A stretch of DNA of 64,000 bases from Truepera sp. (GCA_965218435.1 CBDCKW010000009.1:96001-160000); one strand, 5' to 3'. Positions 1 to 9,966 are shown, counted from the stretch's first letter. Notes: generated by a model not told the origin, from the letters alone. Program-made: numbers and translations.

Positions 1-1
1 T

Positions 2-133
2 CAGGGCGGTGAGATGCAGTGGGAGCTGGTGATGGCAGCAACTGTGATCTTAACAGTGCCGATGGTCGTAATTTTTCTCTTGGGTCAGCGGTACTTTGTG
101 CAGGGGATTTCGACGACGGGGAGTAAAGGCTAG
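2..133 (+). CDS. 3' end of carbohydrate ABC transporter permease (partial)
   Basis: Translates QGGEMQWELVMAATVILTVPMVVIFLLGQRYFVQGISTTGSKG*, a typical MalG-type C-terminus; cut by the window edge. Confidence 0.85.
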   Translation, partial: QGGEMQWELVMAATVILTVPMVVIFLLGQRYFVQGISTTGSKG

Positions 134-239
134 GTTCGCCTACGTTATCTTAGTCAGGAGCGTTCGCAGCGTGACGTATGGCCTCGTACCCTGACCGGAA
201 AAACATTTCCCGCTAAGCACTCATAGTTTAACTATAAAC

Positions 240-282
240 AAACGTCACCTAAGAAGTTTTGATCCTTCTAGGTGACGTTTTT
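240..282. terminator. Probable bidirectional intrinsic terminator
   Basis: AAACGTCACCT(A)AGAAG / CTTCTAGGTGACGTTT stem followed by a T run, between convergent genes. Confidence 0.7.
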
Positions 283-299
283 GTCAGCATGCCAACCCA

Positions 300-1199
300 T
301 CAACTGTGTTCTAGCTCGAGCACGTAATCAACGGTTTCAAAATAGGGTTCAAACCCCGCTGAACGGTAGAGCTTGAATGCTGCCTCATTCGTAACCTCAT
401 ACCCCACGATGGTTGTCTCCATGCCTACTTCTTTCATCCGCGCCATTCCCGCAAACATCAGTGCTTTAGTTAAACCGCGCTTTGTAAAACTACTGTGACA
501 GCCTACGGGTTCAAAGAGTCCCGTTAGGCTGATAGGGTCAAACCAGATCATCACAAAGGCTGCAAAGCGTCCGTCAGGCGCAACGGCAACGAGCTCCCGC
601 TGGGGGTCAAAGCCTGGGGTTCGCATCACTTTAAGGTAGTCGGCTTCAGTCCACTTGGGGCCAAAGGCTCCGTTATGTACGTCTGCCACAAGCTGTGCTT
701 CGTGTTCCCCGGCTACAGAACGAATCGTAAAACCATTGGGTAGACGAGCTTCAGCAATGCTATCAAGGCTGCGCTTCATCACTGCGTGGTCAGCTTTTTG
801 TGCGCTAAAACCCAGCTGCTCGAGGCAATCCTTCGCTGCTTTGTCATCCTCTACGAAATTGACTGTTACGGTCTTTTTCTCTGTTTCCTTCAGCTGTTCA
901 CGCATCACTGAGAGGCAGGCACGGTGAAACTCTAACTCCCAAGCACCTCCACGTCTGCGTGTAGCTATCACCGGGGCATACCTACCTGAGTTAGCGTCTA
1001 GCTCGACGACAGCAAGTAGCTGCTCACCTTCTTCAACAACATGAAAATAGTGCTCGAGCCCTTCCCCACGGTAGCCGTTACTCATCCAGTGGACAAAATC
1101 ACCGGGGTGATAGTTTGCAAACTTGTCACGCTGCCAGCACTCGCCGATAAAACGCGTAACCGCAGGCAAATCATTTGGTTGATAAGGGCGCAACATCAC
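300..1199 (-). CDS. GNAT family N-acetyltransferase (tandem GNAT domains)
   Basis: C-terminal FEPVGCHSSFTKRGLTKAL and NEAAFKLYRSAGF motifs. Confidence 0.85.
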   Translation of the reverse strand: MMLRPYQPNDLPAVTRFIGECWQRDKFANYHPGDFVHWMSNGYRGEGLEHYFHVVEEGEQLLAVVELDANSGRYAPVIATRRRGGAWELEFHRACLSVMREQLKETEKKTVTVNFVEDDKAAKDCLEQLGFSAQKADHAVMKRSLDSIAEARLPNGFTIRSVAGEHEAQLVADVHNGAFGPKWTEADYLKVMRTPGFDPQRELVAVAPDGRFAAFVMIWFDPISLTGLFEPVGCHSSFTKRGLTKALMFAGMARMKEVGMETTIVGYEVTNEAAFKLYRSAGFEPYFETVDYVLELEHS

Positions 1200-1332
1200 G
1201 TCATGTCTACTTTAGCGTAATTTTTCCGGTCAGGAGATTGCACCTTTATAAAATAAGAAGTGTCAACCGTAAACTCAATAAGAAGTACTGCCTCTGATGT
1301 AACTCGAGCTAACCCTAGCGTATCAACAGAAA

Positions 1333-1920
1333 CTAGCCCAACTGTGAGGGTAACTCGAGCCCCACCGCCATAAGCTCGTTCCTGTTCGCTTTAAGCTGTA
1401 CGCGTGGCAAGGGTCTTCGGGCGGGGCCACTGACGGCTTTCCCGGCCTCGAGCGGGGCAAAGACCGAGAGGTGACACGGACACGCTAAAACCGGGTGCTC
1501 GGCGCGGTAGTTAAAGGCGACCTCGAGCGTTCCCAAATCACGCCTTAAAGAAACCGGACACCCTTGATGGGTACACACGCGGCTAAAGGCCAAATAGTGC
1601 CGTCCAGCGATACTGAGTCCACCGGGGACAGCTTCAGGGATACGAAGCGCGATGGCGGGGATTTCACTCGCCTGCGTCTTTAGGGTAAAGGGCGCACTAC
1701 TCCAAAGCTCGGTCAACGCGCCAAGCGCAGCGATACGTTGCGGCGTGACCGGGGCAAACTCGGGCGCTTGGGGGGTGACTTTATCAAAGTGCACGTAGTA
1801 CGCCTCCCACACGCCCCAGGCCGCGCCGCCCAGCACCGCTAAAACGGGGAGCCGCCAGAGCCAGGTCAGGAAGGTGCGGCGTTCGACCAGTTCAGAAGAT
1901 TTAGTATCGGTCTCGTTCAC
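1333..1920 (-). CDS. Rieske [2Fe-2S] protein with Tat-like signal
   Basis: RRTFL twin-arginine motif plus hydrophobic helix; CTHQGC and CPCHLS Rieske motifs. Confidence 0.9.
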   Translation of the reverse strand: MNETDTKSSELVERRTFLTWLWRLPVLAVLGGAAWGVWEAYYVHFDKVTPQAPEFAPVTPQRIAALGALTELWSSAPFTLKTQASEIPAIALRIPEAVPGGLSIAGRHYLAFSRVCTHQGCPVSLRRDLGTLEVAFNYRAEHPVLACPCHLSVFAPLEAGKAVSGPARRPLPRVQLKANRNELMAVGLELPSQLG

Positions 1921-1933
1921 AGGTTCTCACTTG

Positions 1934-3244
1934 TTACGGATTGCTGAGCGGCAACGGGGTTTTGAGGATCGCTTCGGAAGTTCCCGGCTGGTCTGCTGCG
2001 CTGGGGGGCGGTGCACCGTTGCGGAGACGTTCTTGGGCGTTAGCAATCAGGCTCGGGACGCGTCCGGCTTGTGCTTTCCCACCCGCGACTTTGACGTAGC
2101 TCTGCCACACCTCGACGGCTTTACGGTATTGCCCCAGCGTAAAGTGCGCGTTGCCTAAAAAGAGGAGGGTTTGCAAGTTGTCCGGCTCGAGCTTGCGGGC
2201 TCTCGCTAAGACGGCGATGGCGTCCTCGTTACGGCCTCCAAAGAAGAGCTGTTGCCCAACTCGGCTGAGCGCAGTGGCGTTATGCGGGTTTTTTTCGGTC
2301 AAAATCCTGAAGTAGTAGTCTACGGCGTGTGAACGTTCCTGGTGCGTCCAGTAACTGTTGGCGAGCGCCAATAGGTTCGTCTCGTCAGGTATCTTTTTCA
2401 CAGCGACGAGGAGCGGCTTAAAGGTTTGGGCCAGCTCGAGCCGTCCCTCGACCTCTTTGTCACCCGCGCCCCCCGGCGCTTTGAGGTAACTCTGCCACGC
2501 GTCGGCAGCGGCGGCCATATCTTGATTGGCGTAGTAGATTTCGCCTAAAAAGTAGAGGGTCTCGAGGTCGTTCGGGTCGGCGTTCCGGGCCAGTTCCAGA
2601 TATTTGAGCGCCTCGGCGACGTTGACCTGCAGTTGTAACATCCCGAGCCGCTGATAAGCTACTGCCGGAACGGGTTTCGTCTTATTTAAGACCTGCAGAT
2701 AGACCGCTTGCGCTTTATCGCCGTTTTGCGCCTGCCAGTAGCCGTCAGCTAAGGCCAGCAGGTTTTTGGCCGACGCGTCGCGGGTGGCGGCGCGCTCGAG
2801 CCCTACGAGCTGCCTGCCGGTAATCGGCGCAGGCGTGCCGTCTGCTGCAGTAATTTCAGGCGAAGCGTTTTGCGCCATGAAAACCGCGCCCGTCAATCCG
2901 GCGACTAACAGTGCCACCGAGGTCAGCGGCAAGGCCCAGTTACGGCGGTGTAGGGGCGGTTTTACGGGTTTAAGCTGCGCCGGACGTTCGTCGAGGGCGC
3001 GTAAGACCTTCGCGGTCTTCGCTTCGTAGCGGGCGCGGAGGGCGTCGCGGCGGGCTTCCGGTAGATCAGTACGGGCGTCGAGTTCACGGATGGCCCGCAA
3101 GAGCGCGTCGCGCTCTTCTTCCAGGTCTTGCGTCACCGGGTCGCGGAGGCTGGGCAACCTGTCGGTCTGACCGGGAACAAGCAGCGGAATGACTAGATAG
3201 ACAAAGAGCAAAACCGCCAAGACGATGATAAAAACAGCGGTCAT
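1934..3244 (-). CDS. ccmI: Cytochrome c biogenesis TPR protein (CcmI/CycH-like)
   Basis: Two TM segments flanking a coiled coil, then TPR repeats; located in the ccm operon. Confidence 0.75.
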   Translation of the reverse strand: MTAVFIIVLAVLLFVYLVIPLLVPGQTDRLPSLRDPVTQDLEEERDALLRAIRELDARTDLPEARRDALRARYEAKTAKVLRALDERPAQLKPVKPPLHRRNWALPLTSVALLVAGLTGAVFMAQNASPEITAADGTPAPITGRQLVGLERAATRDASAKNLLALADGYWQAQNGDKAQAVYLQVLNKTKPVPAVAYQRLGMLQLQVNVAEALKYLELARNADPNDLETLYFLGEIYYANQDMAAAADAWQSYLKAPGGAGDKEVEGRLELAQTFKPLLVAVKKIPDETNLLALANSYWTHQERSHAVDYYFRILTEKNPHNATALSRVGQQLFFGGRNEDAIAVLARARKLEPDNLQTLLFLGNAHFTLGQYRKAVEVWQSYVKVAGGKAQAGRVPSLIANAQERLRNGAPPPSAADQPGTSEAILKTPLPLSNP

Positions 3245-3681
3245 AGCCCACCCAGTTCACGCCGGACGCGTTCTCTGTCCTCGAGACTAATTTCTTGCGG
3301 CACCACTGCGTTTCGACGCCAGCGCGTTAAAAAGTAACCCAGTACCCCGAGGCCGAGTGCGCCCACCGCGAGCGGCAACCCCCAAACCCAGAGGTAGAGG
3401 CCGCGACGTGGTGGGTCCATCAAAATCCAGTCGCCGTACTTGCCTTGAAAAAACGCTAAAATTTGCGGCTCGCTCTGACCTGCTTGCAGCTTTTCGCGGA
3501 TGATCTTGCGAAACTCAATGCTCGAGCCTGAACTCGAGTCCGACGCGGACTCGGCGCGGCAGACCGGGCAGCGCAACTCACCGGCAATCTTAAAAACCTG
3601 TTGCTCGAGCTGCACCTGCGCCTGCGCAAAGCTCACAAATAGGCTTAAAGCAGCTAACAAGACAAAAAAGATGCGTTTCAT
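3241..3681 (-). CDS. ccmH: Cytochrome c biogenesis protein CcmH
   Basis: Signal peptide, LRCPVC motif, YGDWIL, C-terminal TM. Confidence 0.92.
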   Translation of the reverse strand: MKRIFFVLLAALSLFVSFAQAQVQLEQQVFKIAGELRCPVCRAESASDSSSGSSIEFRKIIREKLQAGQSEPQILAFFQGKYGDWILMDPPRRGLYLWVWGLPLAVGALGLGVLGYFLTRWRRNAVVPQEISLEDRERVRRELGGL

Positions 3682-4304
3682 GATTTCAAAAGCTTCCCGA
3701 TCTGCTCATCCATGATTTCTTGCGTCACCGCTCCCGAGTGACGGTAGCTCAGCGTTCCGTCCGCGCGGATAAAAAAGGTTTCGGGCAGGCCGAAAAGCCC
3801 GTAGTCAATGTTGATACGGCTGCTTTTATCCGGGCCGTTCGGATAGGTGAGGCCAAACTCATCGAGCATCTTCTGAGCATCTTTAGGCGTGTTTTCCTGG
3901 GTGTTAACGCCGACAAAGAGCACTTCGTTTTGATGCTCCTGCCACGCTTTCTCTAATACCGGCATCTCTTCGCGGCAGGGGAAACACCACGACGCCCAGA
4001 AGTTGACGACCAGCGGTTTGCCTGTTTGGGCGGCCTTATAGAAGGTAGCCCCGTATTCGGGTTGATAGCGGCTAAAAAGTGGCAAAGAGAAGTTGGGCGT
4101 TTCCTTGTTGATGAGCGCCGAGGGAATGTCGTCGCGCCGGGTCGGGTCACGCAAGATGCCGAAGACGAACAGCCCGGCGACTGCGCCCACAACGATGACG
4201 ACCCCTAAAAGCCGCCTGAAGCCTTTGCTGACGCTGTTACGACGTCCGGAGCTGTTCGTCTCAGTGACGACTACGTTAGGTTGGTCGTCTTGACGGTCAC
4301 TCAT
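3678..4304 (-). CDS. ccmG: TlpA/CcmG thiol-disulfide oxidoreductase
   Basis: NFWASWCFPC and GLPETFFI motifs; N-terminal TM. Confidence 0.9.
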   Translation of the reverse strand: MSDRQDDQPNVVVTETNSSGRRNSVSKGFRRLLGVVIVVGAVAGLFVFGILRDPTRRDDIPSALINKETPNFSLPLFSRYQPEYGATFYKAAQTGKPLVVNFWASWCFPCREEMPVLEKAWQEHQNEVLFVGVNTQENTPKDAQKMLDEFGLTYPNGPDKSSRINIDYGLFGLPETFFIRADGTLSYRHSGAVTQEIMDEQIGKLLKS

Positions 4305-6322
4305 ACTGTGGCAATGTCCTCTCGAGCTTCGACTCGAGCTTTAGCCTTACGCGCGGGCGGCAAGAGCGAGAATACCGTTCCGGCAATTAGAATCAGCGCA
4401 CCCACCCAAATCCACGACACGAGCGGACTCTGCACCGCGCGCAGCACGATAAAGTTTTGATCCGGGCTGACGGTTCCGGCGATGTTGAGGTACACGTCAC
4501 TCCAGAGGCCGTAGTGGACTGCAGGCGTCGGGATCAGCTGCGGCTGAGCGCCTTGCGCCCCGCTCGTATAGGCGTTGACACTCGGCCGCAACGTGGCGAC
4601 CTGACGACCTTCACGCCACACTTCGATGATTGCCCCCGCCTGAATCCGCCCTGGATGCTGCTGCATAAAGCGGTCGGTGGCGCGGAGCTCATAGCCTTGA
4701 AACTCGGCGCTCGAGCCCAAATCAATACGGAGCTGCTGATCAACCCGGTAACCGCCCGAGCCTGCGATCCCCAGCGCAATCACGATAATCGCAAAATGCA
4801 CGATAATCGACCCCATCCGGCGACGGCTCTCAGAGGCGTACTGGGCGAAGACCGGAAAAAAGCCGCGTCCGCTGAGCCGCATCCGGGGGGCAATAGAGCC
4901 GCTTAGGAGCAGCCACACGCTGACCAGGTTGTAAGCGGCGAGCGCAACTGTTAGAAGCGGATAGAGTTTGTGAACCCCGAGCGCATAGGCGACGCCGCCG
5001 CTAAGAACTGCTGCGCTGACGAGCCAAGTAAGATTGCGTACGAGCGACTGGTCATCGGCTTTGCGCCACGGTAACAGCGGCCCAATACCCATAAGTGCAA
5101 AGATCAGCATCCACAGCGGAAACGACAACCGGTTAAAGAAGGGTGGCCCGACGGTGACTTTTTGCCCTGAAAACGCCTCGACGATCAGCGGAAACAGCGT
5201 CCCTAACAGCACGGCGAAGGTCATCGCTAAAAAGAGGACGTTGCCGAATAAAATGCTCCCTTCACGGCTGACAACTGCGTCGAGATCGGCGCGGTCACGG
5301 ATTTGGTCCCAGCGCAGGGCCAAGAGTCCGAACGCTACTGTAATGACTAAAATGAAAAAGCCTAAAAAGTACGGTCCCACCGGGCCGTCACCGAACGAAT
5401 GCACCGACGAGATCACGCCTGAACGGATGATAAAGGTGCCTAAGATCGTTAGGGCGAAGGTCAAGATAATCAGCATCAGGTTCCACGCCTTGAGCATCCG
5501 GCGACGCTCTTGCACCTGAACGCTGTGGATAAACGCTGTGGCGGTCAGCCACGGGAGCAGCGAGACGTTTTCTACGGGGTCCCAGTTCCAGTAGCCACCC
5601 CAGCCTAAGACTTCATAGCTCCACCACCCCCCTGCGATCTTAGCGACGCCTAAAAAACCCCAACCGATCAGCGTCCAGGTCCGCGACTGCACCATCCATT
5701 CACTACCGGGGCGCTGGGTGATGAGCGCGGCCATCGCGTAGGCAAACGGCACGGTGAGGCCGACAAACCCTAGATACATCAGCACGGGATGAACCGACAT
5801 CATCCAGTGGTTTTGTAAGAGGGGGTTAGGGCCGGGACCGTCCAGCGGGGGGTTGACGAGCCGGACAAACGGGCTCGCCACAATACCGTTGACGCTGATA
5901 AAAAATGTGCTGACGGCGCTCATGGTAACCAGCGCCCAAGGGCGGAGTGGGGTATTCGGCGCGACGAGTGCCAGCAGTGCAGTGTAGGCGGATAAGAGCC
6001 ACGCCCAGAGCAAGATAGAGCCCTCTAAGGCCGCCCACATCGTCGCCACTTTGACCCACGTCGGTGAGGTTGAAATCGAGTGTTCGGCGACGTACTTGAC
6101 GCTGAAGTCGTCGGTTAACAGCGCCGTTTGCATCACGGCGACCGCCGCCGTCATCGCTAAAAAGACCGCAACCGAAGCGTAACGCGCCGAAGTTTGCAAC
6201 CGGGCGTCGCGCTGCGTTGCGCCCAAAATCCCGACGATGAACGCGTACACTGCTAACGCCAGGGCCAGCAAAACGCTGGCGGTTCCAGCTGTCGCAAGGC
6301 TAAGTTCAAACATCATTCTCAT
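4301..6322 (-). CDS. ccmF: Heme lyase CcmF
   Basis: WGGYWNWDPVEN WWD motif, HPVLMYLG, SVHSF. Confidence 0.96.
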   Translation of the reverse strand: MRMMFELSLATAGTASVLLALALAVYAFIVGILGATQRDARLQTSARYASVAVFLAMTAAVAVMQTALLTDDFSVKYVAEHSISTSPTWVKVATMWAALEGSILLWAWLLSAYTALLALVAPNTPLRPWALVTMSAVSTFFISVNGIVASPFVRLVNPPLDGPGPNPLLQNHWMMSVHPVLMYLGFVGLTVPFAYAMAALITQRPGSEWMVQSRTWTLIGWGFLGVAKIAGGWWSYEVLGWGGYWNWDPVENVSLLPWLTATAFIHSVQVQERRRMLKAWNLMLIILTFALTILGTFIIRSGVISSVHSFGDGPVGPYFLGFFILVITVAFGLLALRWDQIRDRADLDAVVSREGSILFGNVLFLAMTFAVLLGTLFPLIVEAFSGQKVTVGPPFFNRLSFPLWMLIFALMGIGPLLPWRKADDQSLVRNLTWLVSAAVLSGGVAYALGVHKLYPLLTVALAAYNLVSVWLLLSGSIAPRMRLSGRGFFPVFAQYASESRRRMGSIIVHFAIIVIALGIAGSGGYRVDQQLRIDLGSSAEFQGYELRATDRFMQQHPGRIQAGAIIEVWREGRQVATLRPSVNAYTSGAQGAQPQLIPTPAVHYGLWSDVYLNIAGTVSPDQNFIVLRAVQSPLVSWIWVGALILIAGTVFSLLPPARKAKARVEAREDIATV

Positions 6323-6333
6323 CCTCTTGTTCT

Positions 6334-6756
6334 TTACTCGAGCGCCTTTTTCAGCTCTTGCACACTGACCTGTTTGCCCTCAGCGGGTTTATATTCGGCG
6401 CTGTGTTTGATTAAGACTTCGTTGCTGACAAACGTTCCCTGGTCGAACTGACCCACCACCACCACACCGGTATCGGCCTTAAAGAGTTCGGGCGGCGCGC
6501 CGCTGTAACGAACCGGATAGGTCTGTACGCCGTCGGTCACGTTAAAGGCTAGATCGAGCGCCTTGTTGTCGTATTTAATGCTTTTGGCCTCGACCAGGCC
6601 GCCTAAACGGATACGCCCCGCGTACTTGGCTGGAGCCGCCGCATACTCGCTCGGGACGATAAAGTACACCAAACTGTTGGCTAAAGCTTGGTAGATAAAT
6701 AGTCCGGCCACACCTAAAAGGGCAACTCCTGCGAGGCTGTAAATTAGACGTTTGAT
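6334..6756 (-). CDS. ccmE: Heme chaperone CcmE (probable ATC start)
   Basis: IRLGGLV, PELF, KHSAEY heme-binding His motif; GGAGG lies 7 nt before the ATC at 6756; the ORF-track extension to 6864 overlaps ccmD. Confidence 0.9.
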   Translation of the reverse strand: MKRLIYSLAGVALLGVAGLFIYQALANSLVYFIVPSEYAAAPAKYAGRIRLGGLVEAKSIKYDNKALDLAFNVTDGVQTYPVRYSGAPPELFKADTGVVVVGQFDQGTFVSNEVLIKHSAEYKPAEGKQVSVQELKKALE

Positions 6757-6881
6757 GTCCGTTCCTCCAGTTTTTTCAGGCGGCGGCTGATGTACAGCTG
6801 ATACCCGCCGTAGGTGATGAGCAGCTGCGCCCAGGCCAGCGCGACCCAAACCCACGGCCCCCACGTCGTGACGTCAAACAT
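6744..6881 (-). CDS. ccmD: Heme exporter protein CcmD (45 aa, not in the ORF track)
   Basis: MFDVTTWGPWVWVALAWAQLLITYGGYQLYISRRLKKLEERTSNV*: one TM plus basic tail, between ccmC and ccmE, with GGAGG upstream. Confidence 0.8.
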   Translation of the reverse strand: MFDVTTWGPWVWVALAWAQLLITYGGYQLYISRRLKKLEERTSNV

Positions 6882-7614
6882 GAATTACCTCCTGCGGCGC
6901 TGCGCTGCGTGTGTCCTCTATTTCGTGAAGTCCCGCTTCTAAACGCCCAACCCGGACGCGTTCAACCATAAAGTATAGGTACAGCAGCGCGGCAGCCCCG
7001 ACGTTAATTAGGAGCACCCGTACCATGGACGGGTCCATCGTGACGCCGCTACCGTCTAAGGCGAGGCTTTTCGCTGGATGCAAGGTCCGAAACCACTCGG
7101 CGGCCAAGTAGTTAAAGGGCAGACTTGCTAAGACGATAATGCTGACCACGGCGCTCACCCGGCCACGCCGCTCGGGGTCGTCAACCAAACCGCGGACGAT
7201 AAAGTAGCCGACGAGTAGGGCAAACATCAGCGCGGTCAGGGTCAGTTTGGCGTCCCAGGTCCACCAGGTGTTTAAGGTCGGGCGGCTGTAGGTCATCCCG
7301 CCAACGAGCGTCAACGCAGCAAAAACGAGGGCCAGTTCTGCGTTGGCGACAGCCCACACGTCATAGATGCGTTTGCTCCGCCACAAAAAGAGGCAGCCGA
7401 ACACCGCCGTCAAAAAGACCGCCAGAAATGAAATCCACGCGACCGAAACGTGCGCGTACATGATGCGGATCAGGTCACCTTGATTGACGTCGGCGGGAGA
7501 GGCGAACAGCGCCAGGTAGAGACCGACGCCGAAGAGAGCCAGGGCTGCGAGGCCGAAAAGCCGAAGCCAGGTGGGTTGCCGAGCTGTGTCGGGGCGGGTG
7601 CGTTGGGTGCTCAC
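6874..7614 (-). CDS. ccmC: Heme exporter protein CcmC
   Basis: IMYAHV, WWTWDAKLT, RTLHP motifs. Confidence 0.92.
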   Translation of the reverse strand: MSTQRTRPDTARQPTWLRLFGLAALALFGVGLYLALFASPADVNQGDLIRIMYAHVSVAWISFLAVFLTAVFGCLFLWRSKRIYDVWAVANAELALVFAALTLVGGMTYSRPTLNTWWTWDAKLTLTALMFALLVGYFIVRGLVDDPERRGRVSAVVSIIVLASLPFNYLAAEWFRTLHPAKSLALDGSGVTMDPSMVRVLLINVGAAALLYLYFMVERVRVGRLEAGLHEIEDTRSAAPQEVIHV

Positions 7615-7636
7615 ACGTTACTCCTTTATTCCTCTA

Positions 7637-8311
7637 CTACTCTTCTACGACAAACGGGAAAATAGCGGTGCAGACGACGAGATAAACCAGATCAAAGCCT
7701 GCCAACAATTGTATCCAACTCCGGCTCTCGGCAGGGTTTTCCAGCAGCATGGTGGCGCTACTCGAGCGCACCGCCGCCAAGATCACCGGGACGATAATGG
7801 GGAAGATCAGGACGGGTAAGAGGGACTCTCTAGCGCGAAGGTTTGAGGTTAGCGCGGCGTAAAAGGTCGCAATCAGTGAAAAGCCGAGGGTGCCGAGTGC
7901 GATGGTTAGGAGTAAAGAGCCGAACGCGGAGATGTCCGCGCCGAAGACGGCGGCGCTGATCGGCAGAAGGAATGCACCCAAAACGAGCATAAACAGCCAG
8001 TTCGAGAGCAGTTTGCCTAAAAAGATCGTTGCGCGCGGCACCGGGTAGAGGAGCAGCTGCTCTAAAGCGTTGTCCTCTAATTCGCCCTGATAACTCTGCG
8101 ACGCCGAAATGACCCCGGCGAAGGCGAGGGCAATCCAGAGCACGCCCGCCGAGGCGTTCCGCAGCGCGGTTTCGTTAGGGCCTAAAGCGAACGCGAGGAT
8201 AACCAGTACCAAGCCTGAAAAGAACAAGGTGGCGACGGCAACCTCTTTGCTGCGCAGCTCGAGCAGCAAATCTTTACGGGCAACGGCGAAGACAGCGGTC
8301 AGTTCAGACAT
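7637..8311 (-). CDS. ccmB: Heme exporter protein CcmB
   Basis: KDLLLELRSK N-terminus, six TMs, LLPVLIFPIIVP. Confidence 0.92.
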   Translation of the reverse strand: MSELTAVFAVARKDLLLELRSKEVAVATLFFSGLVLVILAFALGPNETALRNASAGVLWIALAFAGVISASQSYQGELEDNALEQLLLYPVPRATIFLGKLLSNWLFMLVLGAFLLPISAAVFGADISAFGSLLLTIALGTLGFSLIATFYAALTSNLRARESLLPVLIFPIIVPVILAAVRSSSATMLLENPAESRSWIQLLAGFDLVYLVVCTAIFPFVVEE

Positions 8312-9003
8312 AACTCACCAGCTTCACTGACTAGCTTCTCGGTAACATGGTTGGGGTCAGTAACCGAAAGGATGCCTCCCTCGAGGCTCAATACCCGGTC
8401 GGCGAAGCGGGCGCTGCGCCCCAGTTCATGTGAGGCCATCATCACCGTTTTACCCGCAGCTTTAGCCTCCAAGAGAAGCGTATCAATCAGCTCACGTCCG
8501 GCTTCGTCCAGCGCGGTGTAGGGTTCATCTAACAGCCACAGGTCAGCGTCAGCCAGCAAGAGACGTGCGATTCCAAGGCGTTTTTTCATCCCGCTCGAGA
8601 AGGTTCGTACCAACTTGTCGCGGGCGCTGAGTAAGCCGACGCGCCCCAGATACGCGTCCAATTCAACTTGTTTGCCGTAAAGTTTAGCTGCTAACGCTAG
8701 ATTCTCACGGGCGCTCAGTGCCCCATAAGCGCCACCGAAGACGCTCAAGTAGGCAATCCGCTCGCGGATACGGTGTGCGTCCCGCACAAGGTCAAAGCCC
8801 AACATGCGCCCACCGCCTCTACTCGGTCTGAGCCGCGTCGAAAGAACGCGTAAAAGCGTCGTTTTACCCGCGCCGTTACCGCCGCGCAGCACGAGCGTCC
8901 GCCCAGCCGTGACTTTCAGATTGACGCCGCGCAGGACGTACGCCGCGCCGTAACGCCGTGCTAAATCGTTTAGGTCAATTGCCAACGGCTGAGTCTGCGT
9001 CAC
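8299..9003 (-). CDS. ccmA: Heme ABC exporter ATPase CcmA
   Basis: GGNGAGKT Walker A, FSSGMKKR signature, LLDEP. Confidence 0.92.
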   Translation of the reverse strand: MTQTQPLAIDLNDLARRYGAAYVLRGVNLKVTAGRTLVLRGGNGAGKTTLLRVLSTRLRPSRGGGRMLGFDLVRDAHRIRERIAYLSVFGGAYGALSARENLALAAKLYGKQVELDAYLGRVGLLSARDKLVRTFSSGMKKRLGIARLLLADADLWLLDEPYTALDEAGRELIDTLLLEAKAAGKTVMMASHELGRSARFADRVLSLEGGILSVTDPNHVTEKLVSEAGELCLN

Positions 9004-9710
9004 AAGCGGCTCCAGAGCCAGTCGGGGGTGTAGCGAATCAGCGTGCCGTTAAGCGTCGTATAGGTACCGGTCAAGAGCATCACGCCCGCTGCAATTAAGA
9101 TAATGCCGGAAACGCGCTCGACCCACGGTAAATAATGTCGAAAACGGCCTAGAGCCCGTGTAAACGACCCCAGCATCACGGCTGCTGCTACAAAAGGTAC
9201 GGCCAATCCGAGTGCGTAACAGGCCAAGAGCGTCACCCCTTGCCCGAGCTGACCCGAAGTTCCCGCAATCGTCAGGACGCCGCCCAGCACAGGCCCGATA
9301 CACGGCGTCCAACCTGCAGCAAACGCCATCCCCAAAAGCACCGCGCCGATGGGCGTCTGCGTTTCACCAGCAAAGCGCACCCTCGCTTCGCGCTGCAACA
9401 AGTTGCTCAAAAAAGGTACTCGCACGCCCAACATCACCACGCCGAAAAAAACGATCAGCACGCCGCCTAAAAGCGTCAGTTCGCGGCGGTAAGCACTTAA
9501 TAGCCCCCCAAGCAAACTTGCCGAAGCGCCCAGCCCGACAAAGATGAGTGAAAAACCCAGCACAAAAAACAAGCTGCTCCGGACAACCCGTCCACGCGCC
9601 GCCCCGACGCCGCCGACATACGCTAGGTAAGAAGGAACGAGCGGCAGTACGCACGGCGACAAAAATGACAGCACGCCAGCGGTAAAAGCGAGGGGCAAGG
9701 TGGGGGTCAC
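9000..9710 (-). CDS. ccdA: Cytochrome c biogenesis protein CcdA
   Basis: SFLSPCVLPLVP and GWTPCIGPVL motifs. Confidence 0.93.
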   Translation of the reverse strand: MTPTLPLAFTAGVLSFLSPCVLPLVPSYLAYVGGVGAARGRVVRSSLFFVLGFSLIFVGLGASASLLGGLLSAYRRELTLLGGVLIVFFGVVMLGVRVPFLSNLLQREARVRFAGETQTPIGAVLLGMAFAAGWTPCIGPVLGGVLTIAGTSGQLGQGVTLLACYALGLAVPFVAAAVMLGSFTRALGRFRHYLPWVERVSGIILIAAGVMLLTGTYTTLNGTLIRYTPDWLWSRL

Positions 9711-9846
9711 AAAAACTCCGGGGGCACAGGGTCTCTAAGTATACGCGCCGGGTATGAATGTTCCCTACGGACATTTGTCCTCATAAATGGCTGAACTGAG
9801 CGTAACTTTAGTGCGGACGTAGGCTAAAGATGTGTGCGCATAAGGG

Positions 9847-9876
9847 TTGACACCACTTAGGCACGCTTCATATACT
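9847..9876 (+). promoter_or_regulatory. Sigma-70-type promoter of the tRNA operon
   Basis: TTGACA-N18-TATACT, 13 nt upstream of tRNA-Lys. Confidence 0.8.
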
Positions 9877-9889
9877 GACAAACGCTGTT

Positions 9890-9965
<76 letters not shown>

Positions 9966-9966
9966 A

